Shown here in pieces: positions 10,557 to 23,951 of a DNA stretch of 64,000 nucleotides. The stretch is from positions 55,988,001 through 56,052,000 of the forward strand of contig NC_086097.1 in NCBI RefSeq assembly GCF_963921235.1, in the 5' to 3' direction. Under the pieces are notes generated by a model. It searched no databases, had not been told where the DNA came from, and was given only the letters and a program-made list of their open reading frames with translations. The DNA comes from Mobula hypostoma (Eukaryota). The first letter of the stretch is position 1; each line of letters starts with the position of its first letter. The position numbers and the translations under genes are program-made.

Positions 10557-13500
10557 AGAACAAACCATATGTCACAACAATGTGATCAAAGCAATTTGCA
10601 GACTAGCAATGTAAAAGGAAATTATAATATGGGGAAAAATAGAGCACAAATGTCTAAAAGTTTTGCTTAAAATAATAGAAATGTTAACTGTTAATTGTGT
10701 TAATTGAAGTTACACATTGGTTGAGATCTACATGATCTTATGTGACTAGATCCATCCAAATCCATGTTCACATGGTAATTACTTATGAACCTGATTAGCA
10801 ATGGTTGAAAGGCACAAAAGCAACTAGCAATTCTATCTTTACCATCTTTTCATATATCTATACTTCACGCAGACATGCAAGATAACTAAATGGAAACCCT
10901 GATTAATTTCCTATCTGTGACACACGGCTATATAGTCCGTTATAATAACTTCTTTTCACTTTCTTGGCTGAGATGAACAATTCTGAATGAAGTGGATCAA
11001 TGATTTGCTAAGTAAACTCACCGAGATAATTAGATGTGTTGACTACTTCTTTCCTGTTTCATTTCAGATAGTGTTCTGAGATTTGCTCTCAGGATCAGCT
11101 CTGGAATTCCATTCAATCAAAATGAGGTTCATTGTTTTATGTTATTGACAATTCAGTTTTTAAAATATATATATTGGAGTGTGAGATTCTGGATTTTACC
11201 TGTGATTTTGTAGATTGCATTTCAATTTTCTGTCCATTTTCTATGAAATTGGAAAAAATTGTGTTTTTTTTTCCCTAGATAAATACCATGAAACTGGAGA
11301 ACCCTTAGACTTCTAGAAAAGTATGATAAAATAAATACAAATCCTAAGCATATTTTCAGAGCTTTTACTTTGAGCTGTTTTTGCGAATCCCTAAGCCTAG
11401 TATTTTAAATGGTTTACAAAAAAAAAGCAGCCGCTGTAAAAGGTCACTAGATAAAATGCCCTCCGGTATATAAAATTGCATATTCAGAAAGCTAGGAAAG
11501 AATTTAGTAATTGAAATTGTTTTCCAATTGCCATACATTTGTTTTGGACAAAACAAAATTGCATTGCTATAAATTGGTTAATTAGATCCATGAATTTATT
11601 ATTCCTTTCAAGTTTAATTCTTTGTTCTCAATACCATGCTTCTTGTGCTAAATCTACAATCCTTTTTATCTATTTCCATCACGGTTATATATATCCCCAT
11701 TTTTTACACTGTACTAGCAACTGTGGTGATTTCTGGTATTTCTTTGCTTTAAGTACTGATAGCGGCATTATTAGCAAAGCTCAAAAGAAGCAGAAAACTG
11801 GCATGGCTAATTCAGGCTAATTAGTATGGTGGGAGCTGAGCCTTGTACTTCAGAGGTTCCCATGCCCTTGCATGCCTCTACCTGATTGCCTTGTCCAGAA
11901 GCGAACCCAGGAGGCACTGCCAATTATATCATAACCTCTCAAAACACCAAGCCACTCAGGCTAATTTTATCCTATTAAATATACTGAAGGATTCAGGGAA
12001 AAAAGATTTCTCCGTGCACCAATTACCAGTTGCTTCAGTGAACATCTCCACAGTCCTTTATGTTACAGTACTCTTCACTTGCCCTTTCCTTTTTATGCAA
12101 CAGAGTTGGATTAAATACAATAGAGTACCGACTGCCTTTTTGACAACCTTCTATGTGGATTTTGACTTAACTCACTTCCCAGAAATTCTCTCTTTTGGTT
12201 ATTGCTCGTTTCCACCCCTCACCCCTCACCACATGACCACAAGCCCTCCCAAGTCCTAATTCATGCAAAATAAGAAAAAAATTGGAAAACTCCAGCGCAG
12301 TTTTTCACAATTAATTCCTTTTTGACAGAGTCAGCATGTCATTATCTATCAGACAATTGGTTTTATGCAAAAGAGTTGACATCTAAACAAGATTCCCCTA
12401 TCTCTGTTTGGGCCAATTTTCTTAATGACTTCGCAAGGCTTAATCTGTTAGCGTAAATGTTTAGTTCCATTAGCAGCTAAAGTCTAAGAGTCCACAACTC
12501 ATTCTGCTGAGAGTAAACAAAGAATTCAGGGGAGAGGAGGGAAACAATGGCTAAGCTGCTAAAACAATTTTGTCATCAGATGCTAGGAGTTTATGTGCTG
12601 ATGATTTTCCTCCCACTACCAGTTTAATTCTGTTTAAGATAACAACCCCCCAGTGTAACAATATGAGTCAAGTTATTCGTTTTCCCACCTTTCCAACCAA
12701 TGCTAATAGCAATGCAGGTGTGAACTCATGAGAGTGAAATGAACAGCGGCAATTAGTTTGAAAAAGTATGTGGCAATAAAGTTACATTTGTAAACTTTCC
12801 ACAAAGCAAGCCAGAAGGGGATCCGTTTTCTGCCAATAGTTATCTTCACTAGAACTTCACTTACAATTGAAAAAAATAAGTTGCTTGTTTAAATTTAAAA
12901 TATATTTTTCTTTAGTAACATTTACAAGACATATTGCTTTGCAATGCAGATTACAACCCTCTTTCCCCTCCATAAATATTATTCATAGCAAGTAAAATTT
13001 TGTTTTCATAGCTTTTAATTAATTATAATTTTAATTAATTGAAAAGGCAATAACTTCTTAATCTCCATGCAATAATTATTTCTACATTACACTATAGATC
13101 ACTAGTCTTGCATGCAACATTTGTCTGAGTCTAATAATCTGTCTTGTTTTGTTTTGAAACACATAAAAATGAATCAGTTATGTGTTCACTGCAGCTTTCA
13201 AACTATGAAAATGTCTTCAGTAAATTTCCAGTACTGAGTATTATTCAGGAGAACTTGGTAACCTCACAGAGCAACTACACTGTGTATTGAGTAATTGTGA
13301 ATACAGATAGAAGCTTTCAAATTGAGTTCAAGGAACTAACTCAACTAATTAAATGTTACACTGATTGCAGTATCTTGTACTGTATGGTTACCTCACATTC
13401 CTAAAAGCTGAAGTCCTGTCTCAAGCTGGTACAAGCAATATAACAGAGACATTGTGTCAAGTTTCTTTATATCAGATATTGATCAAGCACATTGTGAATA

Positions 13501-16479
13501 CCCAACTGAGATAAAATGTCTAATCTGATTTTAATTGCCAATCACATTTGTTTAAGGACCCATCTTGTGCTCTTAGATTTGACATCCAGTGGTAAGGCTG
13601 AGCAAATTGGCGTTTTGCTCCCCTGCTAATGTTTGTCTTATTTTTGCAGTCGGATTGTCAACAGTAAAGAAAGAACTTAGTCTTCTCCAGCTTGGAGTAG
13701 TGAACTTTACCGTATTGAGGATGCTGTTTAAATAGCTATATTAAAGATTATTTTTCTACATAAAGAAAAAAGTTCTTGGAGATTTATAGATGTTACAATT
13801 ATTCAAAAAATAAACCTTTTGGAAGAAACTTTTTTTAAAAAGAATTATAATGAATGGTCAGGCGTGTTCTGGAAAATAGTAACAGAAGGTATTAAATCCG
13901 ATAGCATGCTATGCTGTAAGCAGTAAAGCCAGTAACTATTGTTAAAATTATTTAAAGAGGAAAAAGTAATTAGAAACCTGAGGGATCAGAACTAGTGCAA
14001 AGTTCAATGATGGGCCAATAAGTAGATTGTGTATTGGAAGCCAATATCACCAAAGGCGGTAAATCCAATTGAACAATACAAATGACTTTGAAAAAAGATG
14101 AGAAATTGCAAGTTGTAACTGATATGTTGTTTGAAATATAACGTACAAAATAGCTGTAATTTTATAAAGCAAACAGCAAGCAAGAGGTATCACCAGAACA
14201 TAAAGCCTCACCTCACAGATGCATCACTAACTATGTACCAATGTGCTTGAGTAAGGTTGGAAAGCTGAGAAAGAATGCATTGTTCGTGTCGAACTCCATA
14301 GGGAGCTGGTATGGAATTATCATCCTGGCTCTCACATAAGAGATGCGTAAAGGTGCAGAACAAGGGGTAACCAATGCCTAAGAGAACTATATCTTGACAA
14401 CTTCATACAGGAGGGAAGGATGGTAGCAAAATCACAGGATATTAAAGATTTATAATTTTCATAACACCATTAAACTGAGGAGTAAATAGCTGTAAAGAAG
14501 ACTTCTGACTTTATAGCTTTCCATTACTTAGTGGTGTACATTCACATTACAAGATACAAACATCCCAAAGTCCAGCTCAAATATATGAATGTAACTGAAG
14601 CTAATTCCCTTACCCTTATAAGAGAGTGGCAGGCTCGTGGTTAACAACCAAGAGCTGAGTAAACTTTTTGGAAAACAGGGAAGCACATACATTCTTTGAT
14701 TAAAGTCACAAAGGTGTCTTTTCAAACTGAGAAAACCACCAGCTAAGCAATAGCCACAAAAGGTCTTTTTCCACAAAGAGTCCCTGACCAGTTCAAGAGG
14801 TGCACCATTAACACAATTAGAGCTCATGGATCATCCAAAAAGAGGACTGAATTAATTTAAGTTGCAAAGTTTTGCAGCTCGAGCAGAGGGTAAACTTATG
14901 GGTTAGAAAAATCAGGTAGATAACAAAATCAGGAGGCTCAGTTTAACAACAACATACTTTATCATTTGAAGAGCCAAATGATCTTTCCTCATCTGTTAGA
15001 AGCTTATCTGAAACAGAACATTACAGTCTTGGACTTACAACTTTCCTGCACTAATTCACTACAGATAAGATCAATGAAATAGCATTTTGCTTGGGATTTT
15101 GATAGTTCAGATGTTCACTATAAATTGAATCAAATAAATGTCTCATTCAAATTAAAGATAAATATTGTAAAAAAAAAGACTTTATTCTTTGCCAGTACAA
15201 TACGTTTACCCAGTTAATTTCTGGAAATGAATTATATAAAATAAAAATAAATAGTATAAATATCAATAAACTAAAACAATATTAAATGAAAATTACAGCC
15301 TCCTGTCTGTATAATAGGCATTGGTGTTGATTATAAAAGAGTTGAAAGCATTATGAAATAATACCTAGGTTTTCAGCTTATTTATTGACAAAACTACAAA
15401 AATATCGAATTATACATTTATATATTGATTCTTTTAAGGAAGGACTGCATTTATTTCTTCCATTCTAACAGGTTCCACGGGCAAGCTGGATTCAGGTCTA
15501 ACTTTGCTAATGGGAAATTCTGGTGTTCTCCAATTTAAAGGGAAGTATAAATTTCTTAATTTTAGTTAGGCTAATGCACTATTATAGTAAGAGATTGCTA
15601 GGAATTCTGTTTGAATGTGTTAACTATTAACTCACCAGCAATAACTTTTATCTTTTGAGAGCCGGGATTTGAAAACGGATTAAATGTACCACTAACTGCT
15701 CATTTCAGCTCTGTCATAGGCCAATGGCTCAGCCTGGCCAGGAATGGCTGCCACTATCAGCTCTTTGGGTATCAGGGCATGCAGGCACATCTCCCCTTCC
15801 AGTGGGTGCTGCTGTAAACTGGTGAACAGCTCTTTGTCCTGCAAGAGGAAGAGAGGTGTGATCTGCCAGTAATTGTCTGACATGAGGACAGGGTATGCAA
15901 ATTACAGCTAAGTGTGAGAGGACATGGTGAATTGTAAAGGTTAGGTTCAAGACCTCGCTCATATGGATTTGTGCTATTTGACAGATTGGGGCGTGGTGCT
16001 CGATGCAGTGCTTAAGGGCAATGAGCCTACTACAAGGATCTGGCATTTGAAAACACACTTGCTGACCTGGACCAATCATATGAACTTATTAACCTTCTTG
16101 TGCACTAACGTCCATGACCTGAAGATTTGACTCCTGGCACTGGGTCCCCAATCCACAACTCCCATTGCTTCTAATCATGTTTTGAGACAGTTCTCCTGTC
16201 CTCTTGAAGACACAGAACCTCTTTTTTTCTCTACCTCTAATGCATCCAAAATGGGTTCCATTTTTTTTGTCCCTGTTGGGGCACATATAAATTCAGATAT
16301 GAAGCAAATCTAATTAAATACTCCGGGTGCTTACCATTCTTTCATTCGTCAGGCTCGCTGAAGAAGCTGCATACAATGTTGGCCCTCTCCTGGTGCATCC
16401 AGCCTGATGAACTTTGCAGGTTAAGTTGGCTGGACATGGAATTGGAATGTTGTTGGGAATTACATTCAATGGTTACAGG

Positions 16480-18348
16480 CAATGTTCCCTCTAAGGTGTG
16501 TGCGTGTATACTTGCAGACATTTTTGGTACTAGCACACAAAGGAATTTAAATAGCGCACAAAAGGTTGTCACCCTCTACCCTATCGGCGTGTTAAGTATG
16601 TATATTTCACAATTGTACACAATCACATCTCTGTTTTTGATTTCTGATGTGACGGTGTCAGAGTTTGCAATGATTTGCCTGCAGATTTTAGAACTGGCTT
16701 ATTTATACTGTTTTTTAGAGAGGAAATTATTGATTCACTATGTCAAACTCCAAAGAAGCAAAGGGTGTGAAGCACAAAAGAACTGCTAGTTCATTTCAAG
16801 CGGAATGACTTAATGAAACAGTAGAAACTGCTACGCTGAAAGCTCATGAAATCGGGAATGTGCAGCAACAAGAAAGATTTATGTACAATATAGAAACTGG
16901 TGTTACCTGATCGTATTGTCGCTTTGCAAAAGTTGCTGGAGAATTTGCAAGTGCGAAGAAATGGAGTGATATTTGGAAACTTGACTTTTTAAAGAGTTAT
17001 TACAGATCCAGAATCTGTACGGATTGGTGATAACATATCTTCCTCACTGACGATCAACACAGGTGCACCTCAGGTGTGTGTGCTTAGCCCACTGCTCTAC
17101 TCTCTGTATACACATGACTGTGTGGCTAGGCATAGCTCAAATACCATCTATAAATTTGCTGACAATACAACCGTTGTTGGTAGAATCTCAGGTGGTGACT
17201 AGGGGACGTACAGGAGTGATATATGCCAACTAGTGGAGTGGTGCCGCAGCTACAATCTGGCACTCAACATCAGTAAGATGAAAGAGCTGATTGAGGACAT
17301 CAGGAAGGGCAAGATGAAGGAACACATACCAATCCTCATAGAGGGATCAGAAGTGGAGAAAGTGAGCAGCTTCAAGTTCCTGGGTGTCAAGATCTCTGAG
17401 GATCTAACCTGGTCCCAATATATCGATGTAGTTACAGTATAAAGAAGGCAAGACAGCGCCTATACTTTATTAGGAGTTTGAAGAGATTTGGCATGTCAAT
17501 AAATACACTCAAAAACTTCTATAGATGTACCGTGGAGAGCATTCTGATGGGCTACGTTACAGTAAGAAGCTGCAGAAGGTTGTAAATCTAGTCAGCTCCA
17601 TCTTGGGTACTAGCCTACAAAGTACCCAGGACACCTTTGGGGAGTGGTGTCTCAGAAAGGCAGCGTCCATAATTAAGGACATCTAGCATGTCCTTTTCTC
17701 ACTGTTACCATCAGGTAGGAGGTACAGAAGCCTGAAGGCATATACTCAGCAATTCAGGAACAGCTTCTTCCCCTCTGCCATCCGATTCCTAAATGGACAT
17801 TGAATCCTTGGACACTACCTCTCTTTTTTTTAAATGTACAGTATTTCTGTTTTTGCACATTAAAAAAAAATCTATTCAATATACATAATTGATTTACTTG
17901 TTTATTTTTTATTATTGTTATTTTTATTTAATTTATTATTATTATTATTATTTTTTCTTTGCTAGATTATGTATTGTATTGAACTGCTGCTGCTAAGTTA
18001 ACAAATTTCACGTCACATGCCGGTGATAATAAACCTGATTCTGATTCTGGTTCTCAGTTATTTAACAATCAAATCACATATGGATGGTGTGCAAAAGCTC
18101 CGGTGAGAGAATCCTTCATTACCCACAACAGACCTGCTACGAACGTTTTGTGAAAGTGTGGACGAACGAGGGGGAAAATGATCAAACCCAGAGGAGATCA
18201 ACATTCATATCAACAGTGCTTTGCAAGTTGTTAAAACGAAATCCTCTACATATAAAATTAATCTGCTCATGTTGTTGGTTTTGGGCAAAAAATTACACAG
18301 CAAAAGATTTTTGCACATACTGGTCATTACAAATTAGGGGGAACATTG
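16480..18348 (+). mobile_element. Non-autonomous hAT-like DNA transposon with transposase N-terminal stub, split by a Rex1 LINE
   Basis: TIRs CAATGTTCCCTCTAA (16480-16494) and TTAGGGGGAACATTG (18334-18348), 14/15 match; degenerate frame from ATG 16740 resembling a TTF-type zinc finger; no 8-bp TSD visible. Confidence 0.75.
17002..18055 (+). mobile_element. 5'-truncated Rex1/Babar LINE
   Basis: GAPQVCVLSPLLYSLYTHDC, KFADNT (decayed FADD), FKFLGV; (CTGATT)n tail; TSD AGTTATT at 16995-17001 and 18056-18062. Confidence 0.92.
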
Positions 18349-18429
18349 ACTATCTATTCTGAGATTATTGAATTGAGTTCTTGGAGATGCTGGCTGGTCA
18401 GGTAAGGAGCCTGAATTAAGGAGCAGAAT

Positions 18430-19329
18430 CAAAGAAATAGGAACAGGTAAAAAGCAGTAGGCCATAGAGCCACCAAAGCAGGCCCTTTGACCTGTTGTAT
18501 CTCTGCTGGCCATCAATTGCGTTCCCATTTCCCAGCACTAGGCACTATGATATTTCAAGTGCTCACATACTGCAAATGCTTCTTAAATGTTGTAAGAAGG
18601 CCTTCCTCCACGACTCTTCAGGTGGTGCATTCCAGATTTCAAGGTAGAGTGTTCCAGATTTCAATCACCCTCCGTGAGAAAATGCTCTTCCCCAAATCTC
18701 CTTCAAATCCTCTGCTCCCTACTTTAAACCTATGCTCTCCTACTGTGGGGTTTTCTTGATTGACGTTTCTGCTTCTTCACTCAATCTAACCCTTCATAAT
18801 CTGTTACCTCAGTCAGGAGCTCTTTTACCCTCTTACACTCCAAGGAAAATGAACTCAACCTACCTAGTCTTGCCATCCCTAGAGAATATCCTGGTAAATC
18901 TCTTCTAGGGCAGCTATATGCTTTCTATGGTGAGGCCACCAGGAATGCACATAGTACTCCACACACGACCACATGTGCTCAGTCAGCCATTTGATAAGAT
19001 TAGAAACAGTCTTGCCTTATGCTCCATTTTCCTGACTGCACCTTATAATCCTTAGCTCCCCTGTCTTGCCCTTGAATATATTCACTCATTCAGTCTCTAC
19101 AGCTTTCTAGAAGCAGTGGGGAAACAGGCACATAGAGAGATCCAATGATTTCCATTCCCCTAAGAGGAGAAATTCTACAGCTTCATCTGAAGAGAAAGAC
19201 CAATTATTCTGAAACAACTTCCATTTCCTGGAATTCTGAGTCCACTGTACGAGGAAACATCTCAGAATCAACCCTATTAAACCCTCTTTTTCAATAAGAT
19301 TACTTCTCATTTTTATAATCTCTTATGAC
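18430..19329 (-). mobile_element. Old CR1 3' remnants (at least two)
   Basis: Reverse-strand CR1 3' coding/UTR phrases (TTCCAGATTTCAATCACCCTC, CTTTAAACCTATG, CACATAGTACTCCA), highly diverged. Confidence 0.6.
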
Positions 19330-19334
19330 TATAT

Positions 19335-19738
19335 AGACAATAGGTGCAGGAGTAGGCCATTCAGCCCTTTGAGCCAGCACCACCATTCACTGTGATCATG
19401 GCTGATCATCCACAATCAGTACCCTTTTCCTGCCTTCTCCCCATATCCCTTCACTCTGCTATCTTTAAGTGCTCTATCTAACTCTTTTTTGAAAAAATCC
19501 AGAGAATTGGCCTCCACTGCCTTCTGAGGCAGAGCATTCCACAGAATCACAACCCTCTGTGTGAAAAAATTTTTCCTCAACTCCGTTGTAAATTGTCTAC
19601 CCCCTATTCTTAAACGGTGGCCTCTGGTTCTGGACTCCCCCAACATCGGGAACGTGTTTCCTGCCTCTAACGTGTCCAATCCCTTAATAATCTTATATGA
19701 TTCAATCAGATCCCCTCTCATCCTTCTAAATTCCAGTG
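19335..19738 (-). mobile_element. Younger CR1 3' fragment
   Basis: ORF 19416-19877 contains LEFRRMRGDLIE...FFTQRVV.LWNALP; tail starts AGACAATAGG; possible TATAT TSD at 19330-19334 and 19739-19743. Confidence 0.9.
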
Positions 19739-19984
19739 TATATGCACATCTTTCCCAATCATTGCCCATGTGACAACCCCGTTCTGTGTTAACTTCCTGT
19801 ACTTCATGGACATGGATATCTAGAATCCTCTGTACAGTATCATTCTTTAGTCTCTCTACAGCTAAATGAAGTTCCACCTGGGCTGCTTAGACTTTTGCCT
19901 ACCTATGCACTGTAAACAAGAGTTAAGCTTATAGCTTTCCAATCTACTGTCTACTCTCTAGATGGTTATGAAATTTATTTACTC

Positions 19985-20258
19985 ATCAATTTATTGAGAT
20001 ACAGTGTAGAATAGGCTCTTCCGGCCCTTTGAGCCCTGCGGCACAGCAATCCCCTGATTTAATCCTAGCCTAATCATAGGACAATTTACAATGAGCAACC
20101 AACCAGTATGTCTTTGGACTGTGGGAGGAAACCTGAGCACCCGGAGGAAATCCATGTGGTCACGGGGAGAAGGTACAAACTCCTTACAGTCAGTGGTGGG
20201 AATTGAACACGGGTCACCGGTACTGTAAAGCATTTTGTTAACTATTGCATTACTGTGT
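19985..20258 (-). mobile_element. tRNA-derived V-domain SINE (HE1-like) with CR1-type tail
   Basis: Minus strand has B-box GTTCAATTCC and V-domain TTTCCTCCGGGTGCTCAGGTTTCCTCCCACAGTCC. Confidence 0.85.
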
Positions 20259-20496
20259 CATATGATGAATAGCTGGACTATCAATGACAACAAAGAGAAA
20301 CTTACTATAACATCTGCTCTGAGCTAATTTCCTAACCAGATTAATAATTATAGCTTCTAGTCTTGTAAAGGGCAATGATTTGTTAATCACAATCTTTTTT
20401 GGTGATTCCCACATCTCAAATTCAGTACAAGCCCTGTAATTCAATAATAGTCAGATCTGTCTCAAAATAGTTCATTCAGCCACTACCAAACCTTAG

Positions 20497-20685
20497 GCAG
20501 CACGGAGGTGCGGCCTCATAGCTCCAGTGATCCAAGTTCAATCTGGCACTGTTTGCGTGGAATTTGTATATACCAAATGCGACTTCATGGGTTTCTTCTC
20601 AGTGCTCTGATTTCCTCTCAAGTTCCAAACACCTGCAGGTTGGTAGGTTATTGCTATCTGTCAAAATTGCCCCTAATATGTTAGG
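20497..20685 (+). mobile_element. Degenerate V-domain SINE
   Basis: GCCTCATAGCTCCAGTGATCCAAGTTCAATC head; GGGTTTCTTCTCAGTGCTCTGATTTCCTC V-domain. Confidence 0.65.
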
Positions 20686-20984
20686 ATCTACATTCTCAGT
20701 TAAAAATACAAAATGAACACATTCAAATCCCATCATGGCAGGTGGAAAATTTGAAAAAAATTAACATTGGCCTTGGTAAAAGTGTCCATAAAGTACCATG
20801 AAGAACCCATGACAGAAGTAAATCTGCTATTCTTATTGATCCAGACCATGTTAGTTCCAATTGACATTTAATAGTGGATTCCATCAGACCACTACAAATT
20901 GCACTGCAGTTCATGGAAAAAAATTGGAGGAAACAGAGGTCTGATAGTATCTGTGGAGACAACGAAAGATGGTTCCAGTTTAAT

Positions 20985-23762
20985 GGTACATAAAATCAGG
21001 ATTTTGTAGCCATTTTATTGTCTTGGTTGAACGAAGGGCAGAAATGGCAGCTCAACAGTCCAGAATTCAGATTTCTCAGATACAATGGAGAGGGATGTAA
21101 AAGAAGTGAGGGATTTGCACTACTGTTCAGGGAGAATGTCACAACAGCACTTAGAGAAATATCGTGGAGAGCTCATCCAGTGAGATAATGTGAGTAGAGC
21201 TGAGGAATGAGAAAGGTGCAATCATCAAGCTGCCTATGTAATACCCCAGGCCTATGATAGACAGTGAGAGATCGAGGAACTGAAATTGGCAGTCTCCGGA
21301 CACAAGAGCGAATTGCCTTTAAGACAACATAAGAGAGGACGCCATGCTGGATTAAAAGTTTGTTTAAGAAGAGGGTTCTGACTTCCACTACTGTCTATTC
21401 TGCTGTCAAATATACAATCTCTGGAAAATAAAATTAAAGATCTCAGAGCAGAATTGCTATACCAGAGGGATATCAGGAACTGTTGTGTTTTTGTTTCACA
21501 GAGACTTGGCTGTCCCCCACCATTCCAGACGCAGTGATATGACATGCTGGCTTCAGGATTCACCACCAAGATAGGACTGCTGAGACTTTCAAAGGCAGTG
21601 GAGGTGGAGTATGCTTTATGATTAATTCCTCTTGGTGCACAAACATGGTGGTTCTGTCCCAGTCCTACTCACCGGACGTGGAACATCAGGTCCATTTTAT
21701 CTGCCGCAGGAATTTTCAGCCATCATCTTGGTAGTGGTGTATATTCCACTTCAGGCCCATATCAAACTGGCTCTAAACAAACTGAGCAACATAACCAACA
21801 GGTATGAAACAGTGCACCCTGATACCTTCCCTATCATTTTGGAGAATTTTAATCAGCCCAGCCTGAAAAGTCTCGAAATAATTATCACCAATATATCACT
21901 GGTGGAACCAGAGGAACCAACACAATGGACCACTGTTATACCACCATCATGAGTGCTTGCTGTGCCATCCCATGCCCACACTTTGGAAAGTTTGATCATC
22001 TGGCTGTACTTCCACTTGCTGAGTATAGGTAGAGACTGAAGACTGCAGTACCAGTAATGAGGACCTAAAAGGCATGGACAAGGGAGGCATTGGAGCACTT
22101 ATAGGACAGCTTTGAGTCAGTCAGATGGACAATATTCATGGATTCATCTTTGAGTCTGCATGAATATGCCACAGTTGACACTGACTTCATTAAAACCTTT
22201 GTGGATGTGAGTGCGTGCCTATGAGAACATACCAAACGTACCTGAATCAAAAGCCATTGATGAAGCACAAGGTTCAAAGTCTGCTGAGGGCTGGATCTGT
22301 GGCTTTCGAGTCTGGTGGTCCAGGACTATACAAGGAGGCCAGGTATGACTTAAGGAGGGCTATCTCAAGAGTAAAAGAACAATTCCGATTGAGGTTAGAG
22401 TTGGAATTGGATGTACGTCAACTGTAGTAATGTTTGCAGGCCATTACTTCCTACAAAGCAAAACCCAACATCATGAATGGAAATGACGCTTCACTCCCAA
22501 GTGAGCTCAACATCTTTTATGCACACTTTGAAAGGGATAATAAAACTACATCTATGCGAACCCTTGCTGCATCCAGTGACCTTGTGATTTCTGTCTTGGA
22601 GGCTGACTTCAGGACATCTTGCAAGAGGGAGAACCCTCGCAAAGTGACAGGTCTACTTGATTGGGCTCTGAAGACCTGTGCCAACCAACTAGCGGGTGTG
22701 CTCAGAGACATTTTCAATCTCTCACTGCTACAGTCAGAAGTTCCTACCTGTTTCAAAAGGGCAACAATCATGCCAGTGCCCAAGAAGAGCACCAAAGGAG
22801 ATATTCAACTTTGTGCAGGATAGCTCATGTCTTTCAAACTTGTTTGAGTTGTTTGTAGGGGTGCTAAAGATAACTTATGAGGGTAAGGAAGTAGATGTTA
22901 TACTATATACATGGACTTCCGTAAAGCTTTTGACAAGGTCCTTCATGGTAAACCGATGCAAAGATTAAGGCACAGAAGATCTGTAGAGACTTGGTAGACT
23001 GGATCCAAAAATAGAAGGCAGAGAGTAGTGGAGGTTAACTGGAGGTTTATAACCAGTGGTAACCAAAGATGATTAGTGCAGGCACCCCAGTTTCTTTGTG
23101 ACATGTATAAATGATTTAGATAAAAAATATATGTAAATAGTAAATGCAGAAAACACAAAAACAGCTGGAGTAATGGAGAGTGAGGAAGGTTGTCAATGGA
23201 TTCAACAGGATATAGGCTAATTGGAAACATGAGCAGAGAAATGGCAGACACAGTCCAATCCAGACAAGTGTAAGATGTTACACTTTGGGAGGTCAAATTT
23301 TAAAGGAACATATTCAGTAATTGGCAGGATCCTCAAGAGTATTGATCTATAGAGGGACCTTGGAGTATAACTCCATATCCCCCCTGAAAGTGGCTGAGGA
23401 GCAACTTGATAGACGTATATTAAAATTCTTAGAAGTATGGATAGGGTAGATAGTCAGAATCATCACCCAGAGTAGAAATACCAAATACTGAAGGGCATAA
23501 ATTTAAGGTGAGAGGGGAGAAGTTTAATAGACATTTAAAAGTCAGGTTTCTTTACACAGAGAGCAATGGGTGCCTGGAACATGTTGTGAGGGGAAGTGGC
23601 AGACGCAGGGTACAATAGCAACATTTTTGAGGAATATTGGCACATGAAAAGGAAGGGAATGTGAAGATAGATGGGATTAGTATGAATTATCATTATTGTT
23701 GGCACATACACCTTGGGCCGCAGAGTCTGATCCTGGGCTATACCCTTCCAAGTTCTATGTTT
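20985..23762 (+). mobile_element. Old CR1 (endonuclease start 20985-21290; RT to tail 22795-23762) interrupted by Rex1
   Basis: GAGTAGAGCTGAGGAATGAGAAAGG (VELRN); AAAGCTTTTGACAAGGTCCTTCAT (KAFDKV.H); TTCTATGT tail near 23755. Confidence 0.75.
21290..22792 (+). mobile_element. Rex1/Babar LINE internal fragment (endonuclease to RT start), no 3' end
   Basis: SILLSNIQSLENK, FTETW, FYLPQEFSAIILVVVYIP, LKTCANQLAGVLRDIFNLSLLQSEVPTCFKRATIMPVPKK. Confidence 0.85.
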
Positions 23763-23951
23763 GTGGTGTCATAGAGTCATTGAACACTGCACCACAGAAA
23801 CAGGCCATTTGGCCCATCTAATCCATGTCAAACCATTAATCTGTCGAGTCCCATTGACCTGAACCCAGACCATTGCCCTCCATACCCATCCCATCCACAT
23901 ACCTATCCAAATTTCTCTTAGCTGTTGAAATCGACCCCGTATCCACCTCTC

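Noticed and set aside
10206..10670. 154-aa ORF
   Set aside because: Antisense of the GIY-YIG tail plus the inverted terminal repeat; no coding hallmarks.
11021..11100. Minus-strand coding exon ending at GTGAGT
   Set aside because: Weak acceptor and stops in all three frames.
20190..20258. tRNA gene
   Set aside because: B-box belongs to the decayed tRNA-derived head of a SINE; no cloverleaf.
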